NCBI GenBank assembly: GCA_950097015.1
Contig: CATNEN010000034.1
Coordinates: 1,984,001 to 2,048,000 of the forward strand
Direction of reading: 5' to 3'
Origin: Macrostomum hystrix
Lineage: Eukaryota; Animalia; Platyhelminthes
Length of the DNA: 64,000 nt
In this document: positions 12,986 through 25,173 of the stretch, in pieces
Layout of the letters: each line of letters begins with the position of its first letter
Position numbering within the stretch: position 1 is the first letter of the stretch
Notes under the pieces: generated by a model
The model's input: only the letters and a program-made list of their open reading frames with translations
Database searches by the model: none
Told to the model about the DNA's origin: nothing
Made by a program: the position numbers and the translations under genes

Positions 12986-14564
12986 ATGAAAAGGCAAGAG
13001 ATTGCTAGAATTGTTGTGATTTTGCTTTTACTAATATGCGGCATTCTAGGACTAATTTCCATGCTGACTGATCAATGGGTAACTGGAACATTCGAGACTA
13101 CAGTCTATAAGCAAGACATCTGGGGATCAAGATGGGTTTATGATCGTAAGTGCATCATATTTTATGGAAAATATTATCAACTTGGCATTGTTTTGCGAAA
13201 AATTAACTCGATAATTCATTGCAGAAAGAATTTTGTGTGCCCGCGTATCTAGTGTGATTATGATCAGCAGCGCAGGAATTGCCTTGCTCGCCATACCTGC
13301 TGAAGCATGCTTACTGGAATGCAAGAACAGCACATTCTTGAAGATTGTATCTGTAATCTGCACTGTGCTAGCCTGTAAGTTAATATGCGCTTTATATATT
13401 TAAAAAGATATTCATATGTGTTATAAAGATTTAGTAATTGTCCATTTCCCTAATTATTACTGTATTGGCTTCTTAGCTACCTTGTTGGCTACCTAGTTAA
13501 TTTTTCAGAATTTTTTTATGTTTAATAATGTGCAAAATTGTGCACTGGCTCTATTTTGATGAATATGTCAGCTTATTTTGTATTAATAGCTAGATCCTTA
13601 AAAACACTTTCAAAACTATTTAGTAATAAATTCCAACCATTATAGCATATAGTTACGTCTTAGTTTACTCCATTAGTTTGTTTATTTTTTAGCTAGCTAG
13701 CCAATAAAGTTAAATTTTATCATATTGTCTATAATTTATATTTTATCCACAAAAATGCTTCACATCTTTTGGTAAACAAGATAAGCAAACAAGTTGCTAT
13801 TAACTTTCTTAGTCCTATAACTTGCAAGATAGCTAAAAATGTTTCAGCTCATTAGCTCTGGCCCTTAATAGAGAGGTCTGGAGCTTTCATGTAAATCCAT
13901 TATAAAATTTTCAAAAAGACTAAAGATTTTAAAATTTATTTTTAGCGGTTTTATGCTCAGCTAGGGCAGAATCAGGATAGCTTTTGATACTGCCCAGCAC
14001 AGCTATTGAATACTGGGTTATCTCACAGCCTTTCAATATGCCATACAATTACTATATATGCCAATTGTTAGATACCTTGCCAAACTCTGTTACCTATGAT
14101 TTGTCTTCTATATATTTCTAGCTAGCTATTAAGTGTAAAGTCTAAGAATGGTATAACTTCTCAAATGAGAAAATGCTATGCTCCTAGCTAATTGATCTCT
14201 TCCGTTATCCATTCAAACTAAACCATTATTAGTTAGAAGCCTATTATGCAGAACTTCAAAGTAGAAACTAACTAATATTTCGCCCGCAGTCATCACAAAC
14301 TTGAGCATGTGGTCCTGCATGATTGATTACACCCGTCGCCTAGTTGAGGAAACTCGAGGCAGCACCAATGTGCAGTTTGGCTATAGCTTGGCGCTGGCCA
14401 TCATAGCCTGCTTGGGCTTCCTGGTGGCCGCAGTGATCACCGGCTTGCTCGTGTGCATGAAGTTTGTGAAGCGCGACGCCACTGGCAAGCAGGCCATGCA
14501 GATGGGCGGCCAGCAGTCATTCCACGATGTGGCGGAGAGCGAGTTTGAGAGTCCTAAGTGGTGA
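12986..14564 (+). CDS. Claudin/PMP22/EMP-superfamily four-TM protein, 3 exons, ~194 aa
   Basis: Exons 12986-13145, 13225-13374, 14290-14564 (gtaagt donors, phases 1/1, total 585 nt). Four hydrophobic segments, TDQW after TM1, FGYSLALA before TM4. Confidence 0.8.
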
Positions 14565-15462
14565 ATGAGATTGACTACTCAAAGTAGTAGCTGCGTCTAT
14601 TTCATTTTTTACTGCTTTGTTTTGCATTGAATTGCAGACTTTTTATATTACAAACTTTCAATAAATGTTCTACCTACCCCTTTTTCAAGTATTCACTATA
14701 CAATATAGGCGCATGTTGCCTAGACTAAGGCTGTATGCTGCCCTGGTGTCAATGTAGCCTCTCTGTTGGGAACTCTGGAATGCAAAAATATAACTTTTTA
14801 ATAATAAACATTCTTTTAGGTTAACTTTCTATATTTTGTTATGTTGCGATTAACACACTGAAACTTGATGCTGTTAATATGCTGTATGAAAATCACTTTG
14901 TAAATTTCCCGCCGCTTCATTGTTTTCCGTTTTATTTGAAAGACATTCCTCTATTTATATGCCCTGTACAACAATTCGCTATTTGCTAGGCTTACATTCC
15001 AAAGGAACAGCCATGTTCTGAAAGTACATTCCATTTATTGAGCAAGAAGAACTTTTAAATAGCGCAAGCACAGAATGTTTGCGCGGAAATTCGTAAATTA
15101 AAAAGTGACTTCTTCCAATCCGTTGTTTGTTAATCATTTATTTATAATTCGATAAGCATTGTAACTATCTTGTGTAAGGAACATACAATGTGACTGTGCT
15201 CTGCTCTTACTGTGTTATTAACGAGGCCCTTACTTTTTCAATGTTCTACAACATTCCACCCTGTTATTAAATTTATTATTGGCCGTTTTCATCTTATCGC
15301 AAGCTGCGACTTCTGCCTAAACTACTGGTAGATTCTATATTATAAATATAAGGTCATAGTCGCCTTACTTTTGCTTACTACTGCGCCGGGCTTCAGTAGT
15401 CTCGAGCGTTTTTTAATGTAAATTTTGCTACAAAAATATGATGTCTTATCTAGTTCCTTAAT

Positions 15463-15752
15463 AATAATAATTGATTACACCTGCCCCAATTGGGTCAGAT
15501 GTGCAGCCGACAGCACAGCCGCAGCTATTGCGCGGCGCATCTGAAGGCTGCGTACAGCTGTTCAGTCCACGGACTGGGGGGACGCCACACCCACCTTCAA
15601 TTATCCCAGCTGATGCTGGTACCCATTTAACAGCTGGGTGAACTGAAGCAATGCAGAGTTAAGTGTCTTGCTAAAGGACGCAAATTGTTCCAATGGAGTC
15701 GGGAATCGAACCCCCGACCTTCAAGTCGTGAGTCCGACGCCCTAAATGAATG
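15463..15752 (-). mobile_element. SINE family A, 5'-truncated, with 12-bp TSD
   Basis: Close reverse complement of 57231-57540; (ATT)n tail; TAGTTCCTTAAT duplicated at 15451-15462 and 15753-15764. Confidence 0.88.
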
Positions 15753-16023
15753 TAGTTCCTTAATCTATGGATAACATTCAAACAGGTTAATACAGGATAA
15801 CAGGATAACATTCAATATAAGTATCGTATTCGGTTGCTAGGAAACATTTGCTTGTCTTCCTCTGTGACGCCTTTGTGGCTGATATGGCCGAGAAATTTAT
15901 TCAATTTATTTAACTTATATTTTATTGTCTCGATCCTCGATTGATTGATAAGCGATAATTAGATGATTATTTACATAGAATTTCAGAACCGATGAACTGA
16001 TTAGACACCCCAGACTACTCATG

Positions 16024-17109
16024 TCAGATGTTGGCGCTCCGTTTTGGCCTGCAGACTGGACACCTGGTGGGTAGGGGCATTTCCTTCTGGGTGCGGCACA
16101 GGCAGGTGGATTGGGTCCGCTTGCGTCTAACAATCAGACAGTGGCGCAACAGCAGACGGTACTGCTTCTGCCGCTCCGATACTCGGCAGTAGCAGCCCGT
16201 GCAGCTGCGGCTGCGACGGTCGATTCGACGCTCAGCTGTCGAATCTTTTTTTCTCTTTCGTCGACTCTCCGTTGCACCGCTGGTGGCTTTATCGGCGCAG
16301 CCATGCTTAGCAGTCCGTAGGCGAGCATATGGAGCCAGGATGAATGCGCTCCATACTACTGCTATCAGCAGCAGAAAGATCCCTGGGGCATTGAAAGGAC
16401 AGGGAAATGTGAAGGGAGGTGTAAAGTTGTCGTCGAAGGGAGGTGTGAAGTCGTTGTCGAAGGGAGGTGTGAAGTTGTCGAAGGGAGCTGTGAAGTTGTC
16501 GAAGGGAGGTGTGAAGTTGTCGAAGGGAGCTCTGAAGTTGTCGAAGGGAGGTGTGAAGTTGTCGAAGGGAGGTGTGAAGTTGTTGTCGAAGAGAGGTGTG
16601 AAGTTGTCGTCGAAGGGAGGTGTGAAGTCGTTGTCGAAGGGAGTTATGAAGTTGTTGTCGAAGGGAGGTGTGAAGTTGTCGAAGGGAGCTGTGAAGTTGT
16701 CGAAGGGAGGTGTGAAGTTGTCGAAGGGAGGCGTGAAGTTGTTGTCGAAGAGAGGTGTGCCGTTGTTGTCGAAGGGAGTTGTGAAGTTGTTGTCGAAGGG
16801 AGGTGTGAAGTTGTCGAAGGGAGCTGTGAAGCTGTCGAAGGGAGCTGTGAAGCTGTCGAAGGGAGGTGTGAAGTTGTCGAAGGGAGGCGTGAAGTTGTTG
16901 TCGAAGAGAGGTGTGCCGTTGTTGTCGAAGGGAGTTGTGAAGTTGTTGTCGAAGAGAGGTGTGCCGTTGTTGTCGAAGGGAGTTGTGAAGTTGTTGTCGA
17001 AGGGAGGTCTGAAGTTTCAAAATCCATTCTATCAAGCCTTACCAGAAACAGTCTGCACAGCTTCTATCGGCTTCGCAGGAGTTAAACTTTCAGCATTTTT
17101 GTCCGCCAT
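16024..17109 (-). CDS. Candidate 2-exon gene (~141 aa, one TM segment) whose intron is the 16408-17008 minisatellite
   Basis: ATG 17109 (gaaaATGG), exon 17109-17043 with gtaagg donor; pyrimidine-rich acceptor before 16382; phase-matched open frame GIFLLLIAVVWSAFILAPY... to TGA at 16024. No homology recognised. Confidence 0.3.
16408..17008. repeat. 21/24-nt minisatellite GAAGGGAGGTGTGAAGTTGT(TGT)C
   Basis: Direct reading; explains the overlapping repeat ORFs on both strands. Confidence 0.95.
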
Positions 17110-17269
17110 TTTCTTTCTATAATTTTAAAACTAAATAGCTTCTATGTTTGCTTTCTCATTTAGATTTTTCCTAAATTGTCAAGCACTCTTGTTATAGTGC
17201 CACTGAAAAGTTAAGAGTTAAACTCTCTATGGTCTCAATGCTTGGTCTAAAGGAAAATACGATCTTAGG

Positions 17270-17400
17270 ATTGGTTTTCAACCTCTATTTCAAACTAAGT
17301 ATAACTTCAATTTCGTCCGCGAGACCTGCCTGTCCAAGTGAGAGTAAATCAATTTCACAAAAAGTAACTTCTTAGTTTGAAATAGAAGTTGAAAACCAAT
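17270..17400. mobile_element. 131-bp foldback/MITE-like element
   Basis: 30-bp arms attggttttcaacctctatttcaaactaag and cttagtttgaaatagaagttgaaaaccaat (29/30 complementary); no clear TSD. Confidence 0.55.
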
Positions 17401-17695
17401 ATGCGTAGCGCATTAATTCTTGCATACTTGGCAAATTGTTACCTGTAGATTTATTCAAAGCAAGACGAAAACATGTGCAATCATTAAGTACAAACGTACG
17501 ATGATGCACATGCCTTCCTGAGTCTCAAATTATTTTTTTCCTTTTACGACTGTACGACATCCAATGGCATTGGACCATGTCGATCTTCAGTTTTGAGAAT
17601 TTAAAGCATTGATCTACAATGACCAAACCAAACGCAAGCAGCAGTAGAATCTTTAAATTTTATTTAGATCATTGAAGTATTCCATCGATTGCTGC

Positions 17696-20600
17696 TCATT
17701 CAAGCCCAGATCGCGCCAGCAGCTTGTCAAGCTTCTTGTCTATGTCCAGTAGTCGAGCCTCGGCCTCCCTAACTCGACTCTGCAGCTGCTGCAGTCCAGC
17801 CAGGATAAAGCCCTGGTTCTTGTGCATCTCCAGCAGGCTGACAGAGCTGTCCGCCAGCCGGCGCTGGTCGCTCCTCAGCTGCCGAATCCTGTAGATGGAG
17901 TGCAGCAGGCGGCGCTGGTGGCGCAGACTGGCAGCCGAGTTCCCCGCCCGCCGGAACTTGTAGGCCAGCCAGCCCTCCTTGAGGATGTTGGCCGCCTGGT
18001 GGCGCATTCGCTTGCCCAATTCGGTGTCGATAACAAAGTTGTGCACGTACTTCTCAGCCCTGGACAGCTCCAGTCGGCGGGCCAGCACAGCCACGACGAG
18101 GGCAGTGACTCCAGTACCGAAAATCCCTGTTGCGTGTTTTAAAAACATTTTAAAATTGTTTTTAAAAACAATAACAATGATAGCCGACATTACTACATGA
18201 TGAGTTTATCAATAGAAAAATTATGCCTATATTGGTAGCTTTTTGCCACTAGACACCCCGACGAGAAATCGTTGAATATCTCGATTAGGCAGATGCTTTT
18301 TTATTCTGGAAGTTGTTTGATTGAGTAGAGCAGAAAGTTTTAGGCTGTGTTCTGGATAAACATGGCGATTCATTGAATATTTTTAGGATATACAGAAAAA
18401 AAGAAAAAATGTGGGTATTCCCCGTGATCTTTCTACTTTTAAGGGCACCTCTGTGTGTGTATTGTAGTACTTTTTTTAGAATTTCACGAAGCCTCAATAG
18501 TCTTATTGTTCCATCAATGGACCTCATGTACTTGGTGATCCTTTTACTATGGAGGGGAATCGTGAGTTTGAGAATCGCATTTTCCTTTTGACGCCAAAGC
18601 AGAGAGATACTGCTGCATCGGGGATGCAGAGTACAGATATTCCAGTTCTGTCGTGATCAGAATTGAGCCCGGCTGAGAAGCTGAAATTGAATGGAAGAGA
18701 AGAATCCGCACTTGTGTCAACTGTCGGCAAGGATTAGTCTTGCTTGAGCAGCAATCGGCTTTGGGATTTACTGCTCGCCGCTTGCCTGCATAATTTTCCT
18801 TTTCCCGGCTGAGAGATGCGGGCGCCGCAAATGCCAAGTCGGTGCGAGATGAAGCTGCAGCTCTGCTGGGAGACTCGGAGATTTCACAGACTCGAGATGA
18901 GTAGGCGACTTTGATGAAACAGAGAACCGTTAGAGAGGGATTCTACCCTTGATTAGAAGGGCAGTCCTGTTGGGCATTACTCTCGGTAATTGGCTGGTGC
19001 TCCAAGTGGATTTTACGAGTATGTAAAGAGACTCACTTGTTGTTTGCGATAAGTTTGGCCTTAAATGGCGAGCATACAGCAAAGATAACTGGGATGTCTT
19101 TCTGTACGATCTCAAAGTTTTTATTCTTGATCTATTTAATGAATGTTTTGGGTGAAGAGAAATGTCATTTTCAAAGGCGGAGGTTAACACGCCTCTCGCA
19201 CCAGGGTTCCTGACCTCGACTCCGCGGCAATTTGAGGGCCAATTAATGAGAATTAATGGGAATGTAGCTATCAATATTAACAAAATGTTTCTTTTCGTCT
19301 GAACAATTTCAAACAAAAAAATGAACTAACAAACGGGGGGTCGGTGGCAATGCGGTTATCGCGTTTGCCTCTCGCACCAAGGTCATTAAGTTCGATTCCA
19401 CTGCGAAGCCACATTTATTTGGGGCGCAGCCGCGGAGAGAAGGCTTGGGGGCTTGTCGTGCAATTTACGCCCTTGAGGGCCAACCTTAAAGGCACCATGA
19501 AATGTACACTGCCTGACGATGAGAAAGTCAGGGAAGATGTACACACCTGTGTGAGCGTACGCCTGCGTACAGTATCTGTGTGCTTATGTGCTCAGGAGTC
19601 AGCAAGACGGGCAGAATTGCCTATTGGCTGCGGGTATAGTGTCACTAAATGATGTGCCATTGCCTGCAGCCCTCCATACTCGTGCAATTATGTACGTATT
19701 ATTATTATTAATAAACTAAAAATGCTAAGTGAATAATGGATTTCTGAACTATTATTACATTAGTTATATTCGAGCTACACTACATCAAACACCCAGCTTT
19801 CACCTGTCAGTACAGCGATGCCTCGGCTGCAGTAGGTGTCTGGCACAATGTCTCCATAGCCGACCGTCAGGAACGTGATCGCAGTGAGCCACATGCTGTT
19901 GAGGAAGTTCTGATGCCTGCGGCCGCGGTACATCTCGCAGGCCCTTGTCGCCCAGCTGGCCCACACGAAGAGCACCAGAGCTGCGGCGGTCAGCACGTAC
20001 TCCGGGTAGAGACTCATCAGCGACTTGAAGATGAAACGAAAATTAAACGGTACCCGGTTGAGGGCGCCCAAACTCTGCGATGAGGCGTCCTGGAATAGCC
20101 GACTGTGCAGCACAAGCACCCGGCAGGCCAGGTAGAAGCGCAGGAACATCGGCAGGCCGAGGAGGACATCGACAGGAACTGGGTGCTGGCTCAGCTGACC
20201 TTCGAATTGCTTCATCTCCTGCTTTTGAAGCAGAGACGCCTCAGAAGTCCGCTGTCCCGGCGGCGGGTGGACAGCGCAGACGACGAGCTCCAGGAGCAGC
20301 CGGAGCAGCCGACTGGCGTCCAAGGCCAGGCGCCAGTCCTCCATGGAGTTGTCAATCATGAAGACCTTCACGTCCAGCCAGTGGTACCAGGAGATGAAGC
20401 CTAGCAGTATGACTGTAGAGAGGCTGATGAAGCTTTTCAGAATCGCGGAACCAATTTGATTTTTGCTGAGAGCGCCGGCGATGCACAGCTCGGTCTCAGC
20501 AATCATCAGGGCTATGCCAATCAGCGCGAACATCAGGCTGAGGTCGGCTAGCAGCTTGCGTCTGCAGCAATTGTTGAGATTCTTGTACGATTTGCTAACA

Positions 20601-21411
20601 TGTTTTCCAGTAGTCAATCTCAGGGAGATGTGAATATGGTCCTAACCGGTAATGAATTCTTCCACAGACATGTGGCCCGCTTGCCCCTATACCTGACCCT
20701 CCTCTGTGGTGACAGTAGACCCGCAGCCAGCGAGGAGGCAATTCTGCCCATTTCGCTGACTCCTGAGCACACACGCACACAGATACTGTACACAGGCACA
20801 CGCTCAGAAAGGTGTGTACATCTGCCCTGACTTTCTCATCGTCAAGCAGTGTACACTATTACTGTGCCTTGGGGGTTGGCCCTCAAAAGCGTAAATTTCA
20901 CGACAAGCCCCCAAGCCTTCTCTCCGCGGCTGCGCCCCCAAATGAATGTGGCCTCATCGCGGAATCGAGCTCATGACATTGGGTGCGAGAGGCAAACACG
21001 TTTGACGCTCTGCCCTTAATTGCTCTTCAGGGGACATCCCGGACACCGACTGGATGTGAGTCGATGAAGCTTCCACTGCGAACCTGTGGGCTGGGACCGG
21101 GTGCACCTTGACAAATGGTCCTCACCCTCTTTTACCTTGCGATGGCGATAGGGCCCTGGCTGTCTAATCAGTAATTCTCACCTGGCAAACAGCTCCTTTC
21201 GTCTAGCCAGCCTAGAGCCGACATTCTCATATTTGAATGATGACGGCACCCTTGATGACTTCCCAAACGATGTCGCTGCCTCCGCTGAACTTCCGTAGCC
21301 AGCGCCCGACGGCCGTCCATTCGACCCAACGCCAACCAGCGGAATGGCCGGATCGTCAAGCGGGGTGGCCAGGGTGGCCGTGGTGGCAACGGAGGCGGCG
21401 TCCGAGTTCAT
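17696..21411 (-). CDS. KCNN: Small-conductance Ca-activated K channel (SK/KCNN family), 3 exons, ~472 aa
   Basis: Exons (minus) 21411-21182, 20561-19804, 18126-17696 sum to 1419 nt; junctions KELFAR|RKLLADLSL and IAVLTG|IFGTG. Pore ITFLTVGYGDIVP, S6 ALVVAVLARRLEL, calmodulin-binding domain KYVHNFVIDTELGKRMRHQAANILKEGW. Confidence 0.95.
18243..18390 (+). repeat. Dispersed intronic repeat, second copy at ~63265-63390
   Basis: ttgccac(t/c)agacaccccgacgagaa..ttgaatatctcg..ttctggaagt.gttt..gtgttctggat..gcgatt.attgaatatttt present at both sites. Confidence 0.7.
19340..19712 (+). mobile_element. tRNA-derived SINE family B, in SK intron 2
   Basis: A-box-like tggcaatgcgg, B box agttcgattcc, body shared with five other copies in the window, (ATT)n tail. 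Confidence 0.85.
20645..21005 (-). mobile_element. SINE family B, in SK intron 1
   Basis: Reverse complement of 19340-19680 with scattered substitutions. Confidence 0.85.
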
Positions 21412-21479
21412 GCTTCACTGACTGGATGATTAATTCATTTTGAATGCGACTTCTTAGATATTAACTTTAAAACATCAAT

Positions 21480-21680
21480 GAACTCATAGCTTGCTCTCCC
21501 AATGCTGTGTACACCAGTTTAGTCCATGGATCCAAATTTCTAACCCAACTATATTCTGGCAGCCGTGTTGCAGCTAGATGAACTAAGGAACAAAAAACTT
21601 TTTGATTCCCGGGGCCTGGGATTCGAACTCCGGACCGCAAGGTCAGAAGACCAAAGCTAAAACCACTAGACTGCAAGCAC
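21480..21680 (-). mobile_element. tRNA-headed SINE-like element (family C) just 5' of the SK start codon
   Basis: Minus strand gcagtctagtgg (A box) ... ggagttcgaatccc (B box); no valid anticodon stem; body ends in the ccatggactaaac..gtacacagc module shared with family A. Confidence 0.6.
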
Positions 21681-22009
21681 TAAAAAAATGAACCAAAGAT
21701 AACTAACGACAAAAAATCCCCAGTTAAACGAGAAAAGTACAACGAAGGCGCGGCAAGCGTGGCATCAGGGCTGTGCAGCTAAATTCAAGTGACTCGCTCT
21801 GACATTCTGTTTCAGTCAGTCAGTTCGATGAATTTGAAATCGACCAGCCGTTCTCCCATGGGTTTCAGAATCCGGCGAGCTCTGATCGATTGATGCTTGA
21901 GAAGCTCGGGACTGCCTTCGTGAGTTATGCTTTAGAATTGAAATTTTAGGCCTGCAACGAATTTGCACAATGTCACTAAAGCGGCATGTGCTTTGTTGAC
22001 TAGATCGCG

Positions 22010-22170
22010 CTTGACGTTGGCACAGCCGCAGCTATAGCCCTCCCAGCTTCCAACGACTGTGTACGTCTGTTCAGTCCGTGGACTATAGAGGCCGATGCAC
22101 CTGCCCATATTTCTACCCCCATCTGGTGCAGGTAAACAGTTTACAACAGTGTGAAGCAATTGTGAATCAA
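22010..22170 (-). mobile_element. SINE 3'-module fragment
   Basis: Minus strand gtccacggactgaacagacgtacacagtc...tagctgcggctgtgc, shared with the family A tail. Confidence 0.5.
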
Positions 22171-22735
22171 GGTAATTAATGGGTTGATTGCCTAGTCTTC
22201 ATTGGTTCCAAGCCTATGCGGATAACGGCAGAATCTTTTTCTCCTTCGCTACACCAAAGCCGCAAATAATTGTGTGGGCTGTCTAGCGGCGGCTCAGCAG
22301 ATCGATAAAATAAGTATTGATTTTCTTAGTAAACTAAAATCGATATGCTAGAATTTCAGAAGTGGCGCCTGAAACTTAGAGCAGCTTTGGGGATTCTAGC
22401 ATTCTGAGACAAGGTTTTTCAATTCGCAGATTTGTCGGAAAAGCGGATTAGTTAGCCAATGTTCTCACCCATAGAAACCATCTCATTCTTGTTCTCTACG
22501 GGGTTTGTTGCTGGAAGCCATTTCTAACTCTGCTTCGTTCGATTTCATTATCTCCTTGGAAGTGCTGCGTCTGCCGCTAATTTTCTGCGTCGAGTGAATC
22601 CATGCAGATTTCCTTGGGGATTCATTGGCCAGCCTTCGCATGATCGAGCCGGGGGCAGAACCGAGGGAGACAGTTTCGATTTTGACCATTCAGACTTTGG
22701 CATCGGCGGAACAAGGCCAATCGTTCGGGATAAAA

Positions 22736-23175
22736 GAGCTCCCACATTCTAAGAAAGACCTCACCTTACGAAAACGATCCCACATTCCAAGAAAGACCTC
22801 ACCTTGCGAAAACGATCCCACATTCCAAGAAAGACTTCACCTTACGAAAACGATTCCACATTCCAAGAAAGATCTCCCCTTACGAAAACGATTCCACATT
22901 TCAAGAAAGACCTCACCTTACGAAAACGATCCCACATTCCAAGAAAGACCTCACCTTACGAAAACGATCCCACATTCCAAGAAAGATCTCCTCTTACGAA
23001 AACGATTCCACATTCCAAGAAAGACCTCACCTTACGAAAACGATCCCACATTCCAAGAAAGACCTCACCTTACGAAAATGATCCCACATTCCAAGAAAGA
23101 CCTCACCTTACGAAAACGATTCCACATTCCAAGAAAGACCTCACCTTACGAAAACGATCACACATTACAAGAATA
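22736..23175. repeat. 38-nt minisatellite AAGAAAGACCTCACCTTACGAAAACGATCCCACATTCC
   Basis: About 11 copies by direct reading. Confidence 0.95.
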
Positions 23176-23649
23176 ACTGATCCACACTCTTATAGAGATT
23201 CCAAATTCCAAGAAAGATTTCAGATAAGCAGAAACCGAAGTTGAAAGAATGCACCTATATAAAAATCTATAAAATGCGAGCCACTATTTCCTTTTATTTT
23301 TAGTGCGACTCCTTCCTATGCATTTGTACTTTGCTCACCTTTTTAATTTTTTTTTCGCTTGCCTATTACGCTTTAAGGTCATTCTGACCGCCCACCTGTA
23401 CAGTTTTAAACACCAACTCCGTTTTTTTAAGTGTCTTTGACCCATCATAATGGACTTGCTAAGGTTTTACTCAATTGACCTCTCTTTCTCCCTCTTTCAA
23501 TCGAATTTTATCGGCACTTAAAACTTAATATATACACAGCCTATCACGCCAAAAAAGTGCGTTTTTTTCTGCACTGAAATATTGGCGAATTTAAGTTAAT
23601 CTTCTGCGCTTCTTCTTTACTGTGTCATTGCCTGGGATTGGAGGTACTC

Positions 23650-24000
23650 TCCTCTCTCTCCCTCTTTCTCACTCACGCTCTCTCACACATTCTCTCACTC
23701 ACCCACTCTCACTAACCTTCTCTCACTCACGCTCTCTCACTCACCCTCTCTCACTCACCCACTCTCACTCTCCCTCTCTCACTCTACCTCTCTCACTCAC
23801 CCTCTCTCACTCACCCTCTCTCACTCACCCTCTCTCACTCACCCTCTCTCACACACCCTCTCTCACTCTCCCTCTCTCACTCACCCTCTCTCACACACCC
23901 TCTCTCACTCTCCCTCTCTCACTCACCCTCTCTCACTCACCCTCTCTCACTCACCCTCTCTCACTCACCCTCTCTCACACACCCTCTCTCACTCACGCTC
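23650..24000. repeat. CT/CA-rich low-complexity repeat (CTCACTCACCCTCT-like)
   Basis: Direct reading. Confidence 0.9.
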
Positions 24001-25173
24001 CTATTCTGCTTAGAATCTGCTCCCTTTGCTGGTTACATTGCTCGAATAATATATAAGGCAGAAGATCTAGAAGAAAACTCACCAAAGCGAAATTCAATTT
24101 CCACAACCTTTGTTGAGCAAGAATTTCGCTAGCAGTTCTTAAATGGACTTTTCAAACAAGGATGCCTATTGTCTTGTCTCTGCTAAAATGTGCCAAAACC
24201 GTCGCTAAAGAAGTCGCAACACGAGTTTATCTGTTCCGTGCGTATCCGGCTTTGAGACAGATCTGATGGACTCAAAATTCGCCACCCCCACGGACACTGC
24301 TATTGGATGGCTCAGTCTCTGCCACTACCACTTCCCGATTCACCCATGAGCTTATAAGCTAACTCACACTGAATTTTCTGAACTCATGCACTTTGGTCTC
24401 ACAGATAACCTCATGATCGGACGCATAAACACATTACTAGTCAACCAGTTTTTGCAGTTAAGACGCTCAACTTTGCTTCTCTTATTTGAAAATATCAATA
24501 TATCTTCTTTGATTAAAAAACTGTCATTTTAGGTTCTCTACGCTAACGTTTTTTCTCTATTGTGACGAAATATTACTGATTTTAATTAACTTTTTTTCAA
24601 AAGAAAGTCACTGCTTGACATACCCAATTACTTTTTTCAACATTTCTTCAACTTTCTATTGCAGCAGCTTTAGTTTTAAATACCGAAGTATAGCTTAAAA
24701 GCAGTATTTGAAAGAAGATGTCTACTACAATCGAATTCGGTTCATTTAGCATGTGGCTCTCAAAGGTAGACACTGAACATCAACAAATAATTAAAGTACT
24801 CACCCAAAATTCGACTGAAAAAAACTATTTAGGCTCTCTACGCGCATGATTAGCGGGCTCTCAAGGTTTCGCCAGGTTTCTAAATGAACTGTTTTTTTCT
24901 GTTGACTTTTTTAGCCAAAATACGAGCTCGTACGTTCAGTAACTCTCTCCATATTTGTGTACTGTATTTGTAAAACTTTTCGTTTAGAAATGATTTGCCT
25001 TTAGCGCGCACCTAAACATGAGCATACCTCCCTCGACTGCTCTGCTCAAAAAACCGACCCACCAGCGCTAGCCTCAGAACAGAACGGCCAAGCTCAAGAA
25101 TCGAAATGAACCATTCAAGCGAAATAGTCTGTGATTAAAGTATCTATAAGAGAGAAACCGTGCCACTCACTAA

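Noticed and set aside
16134-16136. In-frame TGA between ORFs 16134-16328 and 15915-16133 as selenocysteine or readthrough
   Set aside because: No recognisable selenoprotein motif or SECIS, and no splice route into that frame was found.
18524-19316. ORFs inside SK intron 2 as extra exons
   Set aside because: Exons 2 and 3 join continuously within S6 (VLTG|IFG); no homology recognised.
22625-23244. 183- and 146-aa repeat ORFs
   Set aside because: 38-nt minisatellite translation artefact.
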